Shown: positions 39,870 to 54,475, counted from the stretch's first letter. The stretch: 64,000 nucleotides of DNA from Octopus vulgaris (GCA_951406725.2 OX597821.1:22010001-22074000); one strand, 5' to 3'. Program-made: numbers and translations. The notes: generated by a model from the letters alone, not told the origin.

Positions 39870-40790
39870 AAGTTATCCTTAGATCTGAGCCTTCACTTGA
39901 ACGTTTGCACGTCGCAGAAAGGCACTCAATGAGGACCAGGTACTGATGTTGAAGCGAGAGACGGATTGAGCCCAAATGTTTTTACAAAGACAGGAATGTT
40001 TATGGAATCCACTTAAATGGTCAAGTGACCTAAAAGTGACTCGTTGTGGAAGATAGTAGTGATTGAAATCGTTCTGAATAAATTCTTTAGATGACTCCTT
40101 TGAATATATCGCTTTTAATATTTGCGTGGGTGTTCTTCTAAGAAGACAGTGTCATTTGTTATGGATGCATTCAAAAGGGGTTGGTATTTCGTGATAAAGA
40201 ATGATTCTTTACTAATACGCTGACTACAGGTTGTATCGTCCCTGAATTGATAGACGGGACAGATTCTGAAGCTTGTTATTTGTTATTGGCGCAAATGTCG
40301 ATGTGTTCGCTGAATGCTATTTTTCTGTTTTTCAGGATTTTGATCTGGGATCTATGCAGAGCCATCCTTTGACGTAGACTGTTTTTGCTTGGCCTATGTA
40401 TTGCGTTCGACACCTAGAGCAGGCTAATAGGTATATCAGGTTCTCCGAAGCACATGTGAAGTTGCTCTTCACTGTGAAACGTTGACCCTATTTGAAAGGG
40501 AACTCTGATCCCTCAATTAGATTGACGCATATACCACAGTTAGGTCTTCCGCTTTATTTTAATGACGGCTTCTGTGTTGTTGTTGAGCGTATTCGGGCTT
40601 GTGTTCGGGGACTTTTCATAGATTTGGGCTCTCTCTTGCTTTTTATGATGGTGTGGGTTTGGAGAATAAAATACATTCTGTGGTCCCATTTTAGTCGGGG
40701 AATGTTTTGGAGGATGATGTCGAAGGCTTCATTGTTAAGAGGGTTGTGTGCGGAGATGTATGGTAGGGCTTTTGATAGTAAATCCTTCTA
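39870..40790 (-). pseudogene. Penelope-like element, GIY-YIG region plus 3' UTR
   Basis: LPYISAHNP...CGIC...FTCASENLIYLLACSRCRTQYIGQ...RMALHRSQI...FSEHIDIC...KESFFITKYQPLLN. Confidence 0.85.
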
Positions 40791-41359
40791 TAATTTGGAA
40801 TGTCAGAGTTCATACATATGTAGGTAGATGCACAAGCGAATGTGGATGAACTGCAACGCATACAGGAGTTAACAGTGTTTATTAACACCCAAATTTGCGC
40901 ACACGCATGCAAATAAACACACATGCATGTAGGTTTATATATATATATAAATATATATATATATATGCAAACACACACACAGAGTCTTGTTTAGTTATAC
41001 GCACGTGTGTGTGTTTGTCAGTATTTATGGATATGTATATAAACATATATGTATGTGTATATGATTGTTTGTTGAAAAAAGGATAGAGATAGAGAGAGAA
41101 GGGGAGAGAGAGGAAGATAACAAAGAAAGAAAGACCATGGAAAGAGAGAGACATAGAGACAGAGGGAGAGCAGGGAAAGAGAGAAAGATAAAAACAAAAC
41201 TTTTCAGCATTTTTTTTTTTTTTTGCTTTTTCTTATTTTAACGTCCAAGTCCTGTTGTTTTTCCTTTTATTTGTTTTTTGTGTTTCGTGTTTTCCGTGTG
41301 TGTGTGTGTGCGTGTGTGTGTATGTATGTGTGTGTGTTCGTGCGTGTGTGTGTTTGTTG

Positions 41360-41560
41360 ACCGTTTGTTTTGTTGGCAGGCGAGAGAAAACTCATTTAAT
41401 GCAAAGTCAGCCATGTTGTCAGATAAACAACAGTCCGCCATTATAGCGAAACTCCATCTGACAGACGTTTTGTTCTCTGTACGTTTCGCTTTCTCATGAA
41501 GAACCGAGCCAAAATTTAGAGTCGTGACGTCATGAGGATGCAGGATAAAAATATATCTTT
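41360..41560. promoter_or_regulatory. Candidate regulatory island with full CRE
   Basis: TGACGTCA at 41525-41532, GCCATNTT-like motif and E-box CATCTG in unique sequence. Confidence 0.3.
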
Positions 41561-42577
41561 CTCTTTTGGTCCAGATTTCAATTGTTGATGCAGCTGAAGC
41601 TGCTATTGTTGTTGTTGTTTTTTGTTTTGTTTTTCTTCATCTTGTTGCTATTTGCTATGATTGTTCTTACTGTTTATTCTATTGCTGCAGCCACTGTTGC
41701 TGTTGTTGTTGTTGTTGCTGTTATTATTGCTGTTTCCGGAAGTAGATTTATAGCATAGCTATTTATGGAATAATGTAACGTGACAACTCTTGAGATATGG
41801 CAGGGATTTTTGGTGTGACTGTTGTTGTAAATGTTGTTGTAGTTATTGTTTTAGTAATTATGTGAAAACATGTGTGTGTAGTTGTGTATATATGTGTGTG
41901 CTTGTGTGTCTGAGTGCGTGTATGTTTGTGTGTGTATATTTGCATGTATCTATGTGTCTTTATATACGCATGTGTGTAGTTGGGCGTTTATATGTTTCTC
42001 AGAACGTATATTTATCTATGTATATGTTTATGTAACTGAGCGTGTATAAGTCTGCGTGCGTATATTTGTATATGCTTGTGTGTGTATGTACATGCTTATG
42101 CTCCTGTGTATATGTGTGTAGTTATATCTATACGTCCTGCAGTGTGTACATTTGTTTGTGTATGTGCTTACATGTCTATGTATGCAGATGCGCACGCATA
42201 TGTCTCGTACAGTGTTAATTTTGTTTGTATGTGCTCATGTGTGTATGTGTGTGGCTGTGCGTGCGTATGTCTCGCAGTGTATATATTTTTGTATATATAT
42301 GCTGATGTATGTATGTGTATGCCTTGCAATGTGTATATTTTTGTATACATATGCTTAGGTGGGTATGTCTGTAGCTGTGCGTCTGTATGGCTTCTAGGGT
42401 GTATATTTCTGCATGTATATGCTTGTGTGTATGCGTGCGAATGTACGTATGAATGTCGCACGTTGTAAATATTTGCATTTATATATATATATATATATAT
42501 ATATGTATAAATAGATAGATAGATCGATAGATAGATAGATGCATAGAGACATACATACATACACAGACAGACAGATC

Positions 42578-42665
<88 letters not shown>

Positions 42666-42687
42666 TAGGCGCAGGTGTGGCTATGCG

Positions 42688-44852
42688 CATGCGTTGTTGT
42701 CAGTGTTGTTCGTACCACTGACAGAAGTCGTCACGCTGGTTTCCAGCGGGCGAAAAATTGATCGTAAAAGAAGCTCAACTGAAAGGTAAGACTTTTGTTT
42801 TTTGGATCCAGTGGGAGTTTATTGTTTGCCGTAATTATTTTTTTACAAACAAGAAGTCCTCACTGGTTTCTGTACTCTGGTCTGCCTGCAGTTGAGTGAA
42901 TAGTTTTTCTCACTTAATTATGAGAATTGTTGTGTTTGGAGGCGTATCTTGCTTCCAAAAAGTTGTTCACTTTTAGTGAATAGCTTTTTTCAAAAATTGA
43001 GAATTTAGATGATACAACTTCTTTTACCAATTTTTATGAAAGCTGTGTTCCACGTTGTGGCGTCCCGGGTTCAAATTTGAGTACCAAGTAGTCCTGGATT
43101 ACCTTGTGGCCAGAAGATTCTTTGCTTACTGTTTTTTTTTTTTTGAACTGTAGACTGTTTTCTTTTCTTCTTCTATCTTTTATTTGTGACTTTCTTTTTA
43201 TTGAACTGTTTTCTTTTTTTTCTTCCTTCCTTTTGTTGAGATTTTCTTTTGATTTCTTTTATTTCCTTTTTTTTTAATTTTTATCATGAACTGTGTTTGA
43301 ACTTTGTGTTTTAAAAAAACATGCCAAAGAACAAGGACAACGTTTTGGAGTGGGAAATTGTCCCACCCAAACAGTAGTTGAAAGACTGTGGAGAGAGGAC
43401 TGTGGTGTTGAGGACTTACTCCAAGTCGCTCGACACCATCGCCCTATTTCAAAAGAATGTTATTGAAAGGGAGTTGGCAGAGTATCCGCCAACTATTAAA
43501 TTCATCTCCAGTTGGGTCAAATATGCAACAGCATTATTGCTATTTGACACTCCTGAGGAGGCTCGCAAATTTGCGAGCCAGCCCTTGGAGGGCAGAGAGA
43601 TTTTGTTTCTTCCCACGTATTGTGGGAGGAAGTTCACGAGGGCTTGGGTCTGTGGTTTGCCACTCGGAATAGAACCCGAGTGAATAGAGGTCAGTATCCG
43701 CCAGGGTCTGGGCGGTGGCAGAGTCAAGCTCCTCAATGTAAAAATCTTACCAGCAGCTGATTGAATGGAGTCAAAAGCGGTTTTGACCCTGTGGGCCCAA
43801 TCAGCCAAAATTCTGATGTTTCCAAATTTTTTGAAAATGGTGCAGGTACTCGGTGAATCCTGAGGGTGCCCCCCCCCCCCAAGTGTCATCGGTGCCTGGA
43901 GCCTGGCCATATAAAGAAAAACTGTCCCCAGGAACAAAGTAAGGTCCTGGAGCAGTTGTTTGAGACCTCTGTAGAAGAGGGAACGAAGGCGGCCGGGGAG
44001 GCGGAGGACTCCTCAAAGAAGGGTGGCAAGACGAAGAAGGTGAGCAACAATGGGTGCTCACTGAAGGATCCTAGGCATGAGGCGAACTCCCGGTCAATGA
44101 GGAGACGCACCCTTCCACAGTTGCGAAGAAGAAAAGAAGAGAAACGGGACATTGCCGGCAGTCGGTGATATAGTACCGGAATGTCCCGGAACCTCGTCGA
44201 TGGAGGTTGTGCCACCGGCAGGGGAAGAGACACCGTCGGTGGGAACTGCGCAGCAGACAGTAGAAGTGACTATCTCGTCCCCGAAGGAAGACAAATTATT
44301 GGTCTTCTTCTACAGAGACGGAGGGTGGAGAAAGTGTTGGGAATGCACCATAAGGGAGTACCTTTAGCTTGCACACGGGATCCCGAATGGCCCCCCGCAG
44401 ATAGCTGTGGAGGTCATAACATTGCCCGTGTTGCGTAGGCTGGAGGGACTCGATGAGGAATATCGCTTGTGGCCGAGCGACGCCGACACGGCACTTGCTT
44501 TGTGCTTGAATGAGCGTGGGTGATGGCGGAGAATCAGGTCACAAGCGATGTTGGGGAGGAATATGGGTAAGAGATTGAAAAGCCTCAGTGTTATTGAAAG
44601 TTTCTAGTTTGGAAAATAAAGTAAGAGACTTAGTGCCTCATTTTGTCGTTGAATATTGTTAACAATATAAGAGGTTTGCTGCCTCATCAATAATATAAAG
44701 ATCAATGTTCTCGAGAAGAACGATCGGCGGGCATCACTTTTTTCCCCATTAATCATCAGTTTCATTTTTCATTTCATATAAAATTATGTTTGTGTATAGC
44801 CCGCAGCTTCCTTTCTCTATGTAAGGCCTTTATGGTCAATATAATGAAATAA
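42688..44852 (+). mobile_element. ORF1-only Tx1/L1-derived element (HAL1-like), decayed
   Basis: ORF1 43321-44523 with stops and a KCHRCLEPGHIKKNCP zinc knuckle. No APE or RT. Ends ggcctttatggtcaat..aataaagaaa. Interrupts an OK-like SINE head. Confidence 0.7.
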
Positions 44853-44991
44853 AGAAACTTGCTTCCCAACCACATGGTTCTGGGTTCAGTCCCACTGCGT
44901 AGTACCTCGAGCAAGTGTCTTTTACTATAACGTCAGGCCGAGCAAAGCCTTGTGAGTGGATTTGGTAGACGGAAACTGAAAGAAGCCCGTC

Positions 44992-45029
<38 letters not shown>

Positions 45030-45253
45030 GTATGTATATATTTTTATGTCCATCTGTGTTTGTCTCCTACCCTTGCTTGACATCCGATGTTAGTGTGTTT
45101 GCGTCCCCGTAACTTAGCAGTTCCGTAAAAGAGAACCGATAGAATAAGTACTAGGCTTACAAAGAATAAGTTCTGGGTTAAATTCCTTTGACTAAAGGCG
45201 GTGCTCCAGCATGGCCACAGTCAAATGATTGAAACAAGTAAAAGAATAAGAGA
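44852..45253 (+). mobile_element. OK-like SINE body (its first ~20 nt lie at 42668-42687)
   Basis: ggcgcaggtgtggct at 42668 continues as aagaaacttgcttcccaaccacatggttc at 44852. Confidence 0.85.
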
Positions 45254-45265
45254 ATGATAGAATAT

Positions 45266-45301
<36 letters not shown>

Positions 45302-45829
45302 TTATATATACCACTTTCATGTAGTGGATAAACATCTTGTAACTTGGATGACAGCAACAAATCGAATCGAGAAACAAACGGTCAATTAATAATAATTTCT
45401 AACATCGGCACAAAATTAAAACCTTTTTGTTGTAGTAGTTAGATCTTGTGCAATGTAATTTACACCGACACGGTGTCACCATCTCCATCATTACCATCAT
45501 CACCATTATCACCACAATCATCATTATCATCATCATCTAATCTTAGTAACTATAACAAAGTAACTACAGCATAATTTGAACTAAAAACTTAAAGAGATGA
45601 CACTAAATTCTGCAAAGCATTATGTCTGTTCTACCTTTGACCCTAATCTCTCCACAATAAATCATTATAAACTACAAAGAACATATACATGACTGCGCAT
45701 TATCTGGAAATGAAATTCCGTCAGTACATGCGGCAGTGACACAGCCTACTTCGCAGCAAACTTGAACCTTGAGAGTCCTTTCAACTACATTCAGGAATAC
45801 GCTATCAATTGCAATTACTCTACGAATAT

Positions 45830-46520
45830 TTGTGGTAAGAATGAAGGATTCCAAAGAATGGATCTTCATTAATGTTGCTATACCTGCAGACCAGAATATT
45901 GTTAAGATATAAGATGAGGAAGTCGAGAAGAAACAAAATCTAGGACTGGAAGTGAAAAGAATCCATAGAACCTCAAACGTGAATTTGGTACCTATTGCGC
46001 TCGGTGCACTTTGGGACCATCTCAAAGAGAGCAATATTCTGACATCAAAAGCTGCAAGTACCAAACTTCTTAGGAAGTGTTCACTTGGCAGCAATACTTG
46101 GAGCGGGTCATGTGCTGAGGAAAATCTGACGTCTCTAAGTTGTGGGATAGAGCTGAGAGAGGACATAGATAAACCAGAAGTTAACTGAATAAATAATAAT
46201 AATGATAAGTACCGGTTTTGAAAGCACATTGAAAGGGTACGAGTATAAACCAGAGGGCGTTACCGAGTAAAATGAGTATAAGCTCTTGTGAGATTTTACA
46301 ATCCAGTGTAATTCATCGATTAATACTCGGAGACCAGACATTGCTGTGGTTGATAAACTGATGAAGAAAACCAAGATCATAGATATCCCCATACAAGCGT
46401 AAAACGAAGAACTCAAAAAGATTATTGAATCTTTTAGTGAATGTATATGCTTGCAGGTGTACAAGCCACTAAGAGATGAAACTGTACGTATGTGAACAAT
46501 GAAGGAAGTAACTGTTTTCA
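45830..46520 (+). pseudogene. Two tandem R4/Dong-like RLE fragments separated by (AAT)n
   Basis: WIFINVAIPADQNI...LGLEVKRIH...VPIALGAL, then YEYKPEGVTE...DFTIQCNSSINTRRPDIAVVDK...IIDIP. Confidence 0.78.
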
Positions 46521-46942
46521 GCTAAACGCAATATAAAACCAAAACGGAAAAATTCAGTTATCACTAATTCTGACGGAAGGTGCAGGGTAAGATATATATT
46601 ACCAGAAATAATAGTTTAAAATCCCTTAGAGACGCAAGAAACCACATTGTTATATTGAATATAGCTGCCTTGGTTTGTTTGTTCTTTTTTTTGGGGGGGG
46701 GGATAATAATTTTCAAATTAGCATTTTGCTGAATCAGCCATAGATTCATATGGTAAATATATACACTCACAGTCAGGATTCAGCCAAATCGTCCAGCGAT
46801 GGAGTAGTCACTACTAATGAGCTTGTAATTTTCAAACGAAACTAGTCTAGTCTTAGTATTCTAGCTTCGATGTGAGGCGGTTATTTCCCTTGTCAGTATA
46901 TGAAAATGTGCTTTCTTGCGGTTCTAAGGGTTATATATGTAT

Positions 46943-47328
46943 GGAGGCGCAATGGCCCAGTGGTTAGGGCAGCGGACTCGCGGTCGTAGGATCGTGGTTT
47001 CGATTCCCAGACCGGGCGTTGTGAGTGTTTATTGAGCGAAAACACCTAAAGCTCCACGAGGCTCCGGCAGGGATGGTGGTGATCCCTGCTGTACTCTTTC
47101 ACCACAACTTTCTCTCACTCTTACTTCCTGTTTCTGTTGTACCTGTATTTCAAGGGGCCGGCCTTGTCACTCTCTGTGTCACGCTGAATATCCCCGAGAA
47201 CTACGTTAAAGGTACACGTGTCTGTGGAGCGCTCAGCCACTTACACGTTAATTTCACGAGCAGGCTGTTCCGTTGATCGCATCAACCGGAACCCTCGTCG
47301 TCGTAACCGACGGAGTGCTTCCATATCC
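46943..47328 (+). mobile_element. OR-like SINE (head A + tail 1) with perfect 17-bp TSD
   Basis: A and B boxes present. TSD aagggttatatatgtat at 46926-46942 and 47329-47345. Confidence 0.93.
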
Positions 47329-47527
47329 AAGGGTTATATATGTATATCTGTTTGTCTGACAGACAACAGATAAACAGACAGACGTAGAGCGAAGGAGACA
47401 AAAGAAATAGATAGATTCATAGATCCATGTGGACATACATATATTTTTTCTTTTATTTGTTTAAGTCATTTGGTTGCAGCCATGCTGGAGCACTGCCTTT
47501 TGCATAAATTAACATATATAAATGCAT

Positions 47528-47569
<42 letters not shown>

Positions 47570-47601
47570 TTGCCTATGCATGTATATGTAAATGCATATA
47601 C

Positions 47602-47822
47602 CTCTTTTACTCTTTTACTTGTTTCAGTCATTTGACTGTGGCCATGCTGGAGCACCGCCTTTAGTCGAGCAAATCGACCTCATGACTTATTCTTTGTAAG
47701 CCCAGTACTTATTCTATCGGTCTCTTTTGCCAAACCGCTAAGTGACGGGGACGTAAACACACCAGCATCGGTTGTCAAGCAATGCTAGGGGGACAAACAC
47801 AGACACACAAACACACACACGC

Positions 47823-47878
<56 letters not shown>

Positions 47879-48040
47879 GACAGGCTTCTTTCAGTTTCCG
47901 TCTACCAAATCCACTCACAAGGCATTGGTAGGCCCGGGGCTATAGCAGAAGACACTTGCCCAAGATGCCTCGCAGTGGGACTGAACCCGGAGCCATGCGG
48001 TTGGTTAGCAAGCTACTTACCACACAGCCACACCTGCGCC
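47602..48040 (-). mobile_element. OK-like SINE, full length
   Basis: Aligns with 21209-21617. Confidence 0.92.
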
Positions 48041-48158
48041 TATACATATATACATACATATACATATGGATTGTGTCCCCAACAAGGAGTGTTGGTTATT
48101 CAGTTAACCTGCTGGGAATAGCAGTGAAGTTTGCCTCGAATGAAACGTAAGTTTAAAG

Positions 48159-48197
<39 letters not shown>

Positions 48198-48384
48198 ACG
48201 CACACACACACATACACACACGAACACACCAACCAACCAACTAACCAACCAACCCACAGTTAAATTGTCTACAAAATTAGCGAAGGATTACTTCCTCTCT
48301 CTCTCTCTCTCTCTCTCCTCCTCCTCCTTCTCTTCCTCTCTAAAAACATTAATCAGAGCAATGTCGAAAGCCAGCTGCAACTAT

Positions 48385-49300
48385 CAACGGCAGCAGCAGC
48401 AGCAGCATCGCCATCATCATCACTATCATTGTCATCACATTCACCATCATCAACCACCACCATTGCCTCTCATCATCATCACCGTCATCATTGTTATCGT
48501 CGTCATTCCCACCACTACCACCGATATCCTCAACATTGTCATCACCACCATCAACACCACTTCCACCACAACTAACACAGCTACCACCACTACCATCATC
48601 CTCCACATCGTCATCAGTCCCCCCCCCCCCAGATCCCCTCTCACTTCACCATCTCATTTATCACCACTACCACCACCGCCACCACCTCCATCATCACCAC
48701 CACCACCACCATCACTAGCTACCACTACCACCATCACAACAGTTACAGCCACCACCATCACCACCGCCACCACCACCATCACAACAGTTACACCCACTAC
48801 CACCATCACCACCACTACCACCACCACCATCACCACCGCCACCACCACCACCATCATCACCACCACTACCACCACCACAACAGTTACAGCCACCACCACC
48901 ATCACCACCACCACCACAACCACCACCAACAACAACAGCACCAGCACCAGCAGCCCCATCGTCGTCACCACTACCAGCAGCCTCTCATCATCATCGTTAT
49001 CATATCTCCATCATCCACGGTCCACTATAAATACGAGTCTATATTCAGATAATTATAGTATTATTGGATTTCTGAATAATATATTTTCTTAATTCTTCAC
49101 AATATTGCTGCTTCTGTCCGCCTGCTGCTGCTGCCGCTGCGACTGCTGCTGCTGCTGAGGCTGCTGCTGCTGCTGCTGCTATTACTGGCGTGGTTGCTGT
49201 TGTTGTTGTCAATATTGTTGATTTCACTGTTGTTGCTGCTCTTTTCTTATTGTTGTTCCCCTCGTCGTTACTGTTGTGTTTTGGCTCTGTCTGCTGCTGC

Positions 49301-49330
<30 letters not shown>
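48385..49330. repeat. (CAC)n/(CAT)n/(CTG)n/(TTG)n low-complexity region
   Basis: Direct reading. Confidence 0.9.
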
Positions 49331-49331
<1 letters not shown>

Positions 49332-49718
49332 CAATTTTAACCCCAGGCTGATCCTAATCCAGCTGGTGGTCACATCATTTATTCAGAAAGTGTATCAAAG
49401 AGAATATGATTACAATATATGCGTGTGTATGGGTGTGTGGTGCGTATGTGTGTGCGTATGTGTGTGTGTCGTGCGTATGTGTGTGCGTATGCGTGTTTGT
49501 GTGCGCGCGCGTGTTCTTTAAACTAATGTTTCATTCGAGGCAAACTTCACTGCTATTTTGAGCAGCTCTTTGACTCAGTGGTAACGAGGGTGGTGGTAGT
49601 GATGGTGATGATCGTAGCGGTGGGGGTAGGGGTGGGGGTGAATGTGGCAGCGGCGGCGGCGGCGTTGGCGTTGATGGATGTAGTAATATCTGTCGTCCTC
49701 ATTATCTATATGCCAAAG

Positions 49719-49938
49719 ATATCTGGTGCCCCAGTACAATCATCAGTTCCATATGCCATGTGAGCAGTATCTGATGATTGTGCTGGGACACCAGATGTGT
49801 TATAAAATAATATCTAGCAAGTTCTCAGCACATGAAACGAATAATAGTACATGAAGCTAAATATTGTATTTATTAAATAATATTTACCTCACAGCAGTAC
49901 TTTTATCGTTTTGTTGAGCTTACCATCACGGAGCAGTA

Positions 49939-49940
<2 letters not shown>
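49719..49940 (+). mobile_element. Penelope pLTR-like remnant: hammerhead with long stem II preceded by an inverted partial copy
   Basis: CTGATGA 49771-49777, stem II tgtgctggga/tctcagcaca, GAAA 49834-49837, cgaa-TA. 49719-49746 is complementary to 49771-49798. Ends at (TA)n. Confidence 0.65.
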
Positions 49941-49994
<54 letters not shown>

Positions 49995-50431
49995 TGTTTA
50001 TGAGTCTACGTTTAGTCACTGGGGTCCATTCGCTCGACTAGAAAGCATTACCCCAGCATGGCCATGATTTAATGACTGAAACAGGTAAATGAAAAACATA
50101 AATGATATATGTACACATGTAATATATACATAAGTACGTATCAATGTATTGGTGTGCACGATCTTAACACCTGACTGTGTATATATAAAAATGATTTCAC
50201 ATTAAACTTAAGTATTACTAAAAAAATGTTTTGTAAAGTACATATATTTTGTAAGAAAAAGGTTAACAGTAACTTCCAAGTTTCGGTTAGCTCACCGTCA
50301 CCATATGTGTGTGTATGTGTGTATGTGTGTATGTGTGTGTTTGCATATATATATATGTATATATACATGCAAACACACACATGCAAACACACACATGCAA
50401 ACACACACATGCACACACATACTCACACATA

Positions 50432-50513
<82 letters not shown>

Positions 50514-50710
50514 TTTATGTATAAATGTACACATTGTACAGATAGATAGATATAAATTTAATTATGCATTTGGGAACAAAGTATCTCAGAAAAAACGATA
50601 GAGGATATTTATCGATTTCACCTGAAGATTTCTTAAGTAATGAAACCAAATTCCTTCAGAATATTTTGGTATATTCGGTGTTATCTATCTACCTATCTAT
50701 CTGGCCATGA

Positions 50711-50779
<69 letters not shown>

Positions 50780-50945
50780 TATATATATATTCACTTAACC
50801 ATCTATCATGCTTACAAAATTACATTTATTTTAGAAATACTCTTAACACAATACACACAGACGTATGTATATATATATATATTCATATATGTGTGTATAT
50901 ATATACATACATATGTATATATATATGTACATATTCATATATATG

Positions 50946-50976
<31 letters not shown>

Positions 50977-51149
50977 GTGCGTGTGAGTATGCGTGTGAGT
51001 ATGTGTGCATGAATAGATATAAACATGGATGAATTTAATTGAATTCTGAGTCTATACATAATCAGATACATACATATATATACAGGTATATACACTTGTG
51101 TGTGTGTTAGTGTGTGTGTTAGTGTGTGTGTGTGTGTGTCTGTGTGTGT

Positions 51150-51192
<43 letters not shown>

Positions 51193-51739
51193 TGTGTGTG
51201 TTTGGGTAGACCAGGATACATTGGCATATATTCAAGTGGAATTAATGAGAAATATTTTCACACAAATGACTCTCAAAAGAAAGACAATCTGAAAAGAATA
51301 AAAAAAAATAGATATATCATGGAAGAATAAGATAAAAAAAAATTAAAAAACGCATCAAGTTTTTTTTTTATTCTTCTCAAATAGAAACATTCCATTAATA
51401 GACGTTTAGATTTTGAACACATCATCACTATCATCAACGTCAATATCACCCTCGTATATATTGCTCCTATCAATATCATCAATGTTGTTATCACAATTAT
51501 AGTTGTTGTTTTTGTTGTTATTATTACCATCATTATTATTATTATCATTGTTGTTGTTGTGATTATTATTACTCGTTCTTATCCTTATTAACTTGTAGTA
51601 ATTACCATTGTTACCCGTTGTTTGTTTGTTTGTTAAACACACAGACATCTGTATTCTGAGAAATTTCATCCTACGTTACATTCTATCTCGTTCACTTCAC
51701 TCCTGAGTATTCTTGTTGTTTATTTTGATTATCGATATA

Positions 51740-52200
<461 letters not shown>

Positions 52201-52390
52201 TTGTCATTCATGACGAGTTGTATATTCCCTCCCTTAAAAAATGCAAGATAATATATAATAACCCAAATGAACGATAATATAACGCGGTGTGGAGGGGAGT
52301 GATGGCTGCAGATGGAATGTTGAAAAGACGAGTATATATATTTATAAATATATGTGTGTGAGGGGTATGTATGTATATAAATATGCGTGC

Positions 52391-52432
<42 letters not shown>

Positions 52433-52491
52433 ATGAACATGGGAACATATATCTACCTATTATATATCTATATATATATAGAGAGAGAGAG

Positions 52492-52588
<97 letters not shown>

Positions 52589-52589
52589 T

Positions 52590-52738
52590 TTATTTATTTA
52601 AAGCAGCAGAAAATTCAACAAAACTCAGAGTAACAGGTTTTGTTGAATTTTCTGCTGCTTTAAATAAAGCATATTACTCTACCACTGGTATTTGAGTACG
52701 CTTTTTTCCACCTTGTTTCACATTTATGTGTTTACTCC

Positions 52739-52740
<2 letters not shown>
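52590..52740. mobile_element. Penelope pLTR-like remnant with inverted arms
   Basis: tttaaagcagcagaaaattcaacaaaac / gttttgttgaattttctgctgctttaaa. Same family as 62460-62618. Confidence 0.7.
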
Positions 52741-52792
<52 letters not shown>

Positions 52793-52952
52793 TGTGTATG
52801 TATGTATGTATGTATTATGTATGCATGTATATACATTTGTGTATAAATGTGAGCGTAAGTATGTATTTGATTATCATGTTGATGACAATGCTCAAAATGA
52901 TGGCCATTATTATTATTATTATTACTATTATTATTATTATTATTATTACTAT

Positions 52953-53007
<55 letters not shown>

Positions 53008-53278
53008 GTTGTTGTTGATGTTGCTGTTGTGACCGGTGTTGTTGTTTGTTGTTGGGGGTTACGTTAGCAATGATGTAGCTTATGCTGCTGATGCTGAAGT
53101 TGATGGTACTAACGGCAACGACAACGACAAGAACGGAGGAGGATGAGGACTGAAAAACTTAGATGGGACAGGGCAGGTAAATGAGAAAACCATTCATGAC
53201 GTCATAGGCGATTGTTGGGCTGGTTTTTGCTAAGACAGATTATGTAGTGTTGAAACTGAACAGGAGAGACAAGTTCAG

Positions 53279-53657
<379 letters not shown>

Positions 53658-53699
53658 TGAGTGTATTTTTACCTTGTTAACAATTAACACGGAAAAAAT

Positions 53700-54089
53700 A
53701 TGTCAAGTAACTCTAAGATTAAAAATTCTATATACCAGTGTATAATCAGTACTCGTAATAAAGTACGATTTTACATTGGAAGCACATCGTTAGAGTTATC
53801 TAAAAGAATTTCTATCCATTACTCAACATTTAGGGATAGAAATAAACGGAATAGTACCGGTCTCAGCAAACTGATTTGGGATTTAAAAGACCACAATGAA
53901 CAATTTCATTTAGAATGGTTGATTCTCTCAATTTCGATACCATATGACAAAGGCAAGAAATTCTGTCTTCTCTGCAATTCTGAGCTATTTTTCATTATTT
54001 TTTCTAAAAATACTCTAGTAAACACGGTTATAGAGCGAGCATACAGATGTAAGCATTGGCAAAAACATACATTTAGTGCATATAAGTAG
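53700..54089 (+). pseudogene. GIY-YIG endonuclease domain of a Penelope-like element (Naiad/Chlamys-like), open frame but 5'-truncated
   Basis: SIYQC...FYIGST...KRISIH...STGLSKLIWDLKD...EWLIL...CLLC..E...LVN...CKH. No RT upstream. Confidence 0.85.
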
Positions 54090-54425
54090 TCTCTATCATT
54101 ATATATAATTTAAACTTTAATTTCCTTTATATTTTAACATTCACTATTAATATCCCTACTCTTTCTGTTAGCTACTTATGACGTTATATCATATAACATT
54201 TTTTTAAACAATATTAATAGCGTTCTGTCTATCGCTATACAAATCCATAATTTTTTGCAAAAATGTCTTATTGACGAGTTTCGTTTTTTTCACTTTCCTG
54301 AGGAGAAGATTGCATTGTTTATACCATTTATTCTTTTGAATAGTATCAGTGGAATTTTCGAAACATATGTCGAAAGTAAAAATATTTGAGTACACCTGCG
54401 TTAACTCCATTTTTCTAATTCATAA

Positions 54426-54469
<44 letters not shown>

Positions 54470-54475
<6 letters not shown>

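Noticed and set aside
48265-49092. 275-aa Thr/Pro/His-rich mucin-like ORF
   Set aside because: Built from (CAC)n/(CAT)n runs, open in several frames and strands, with no domain or convincing splice sites.
49719-49798. 28-bp hairpin resembling a pre-miRNA
   Set aside because: The right arm starts with CTGATGA and is part of a hammerhead-like pLTR; better explained as an inverted TE junction. Small-RNA data would be needed to revive it.
50618-50680. CTGAAGA...GAAA...TA hammerhead-like motif
   Set aside because: Stem I does not pair and stem II is poor.
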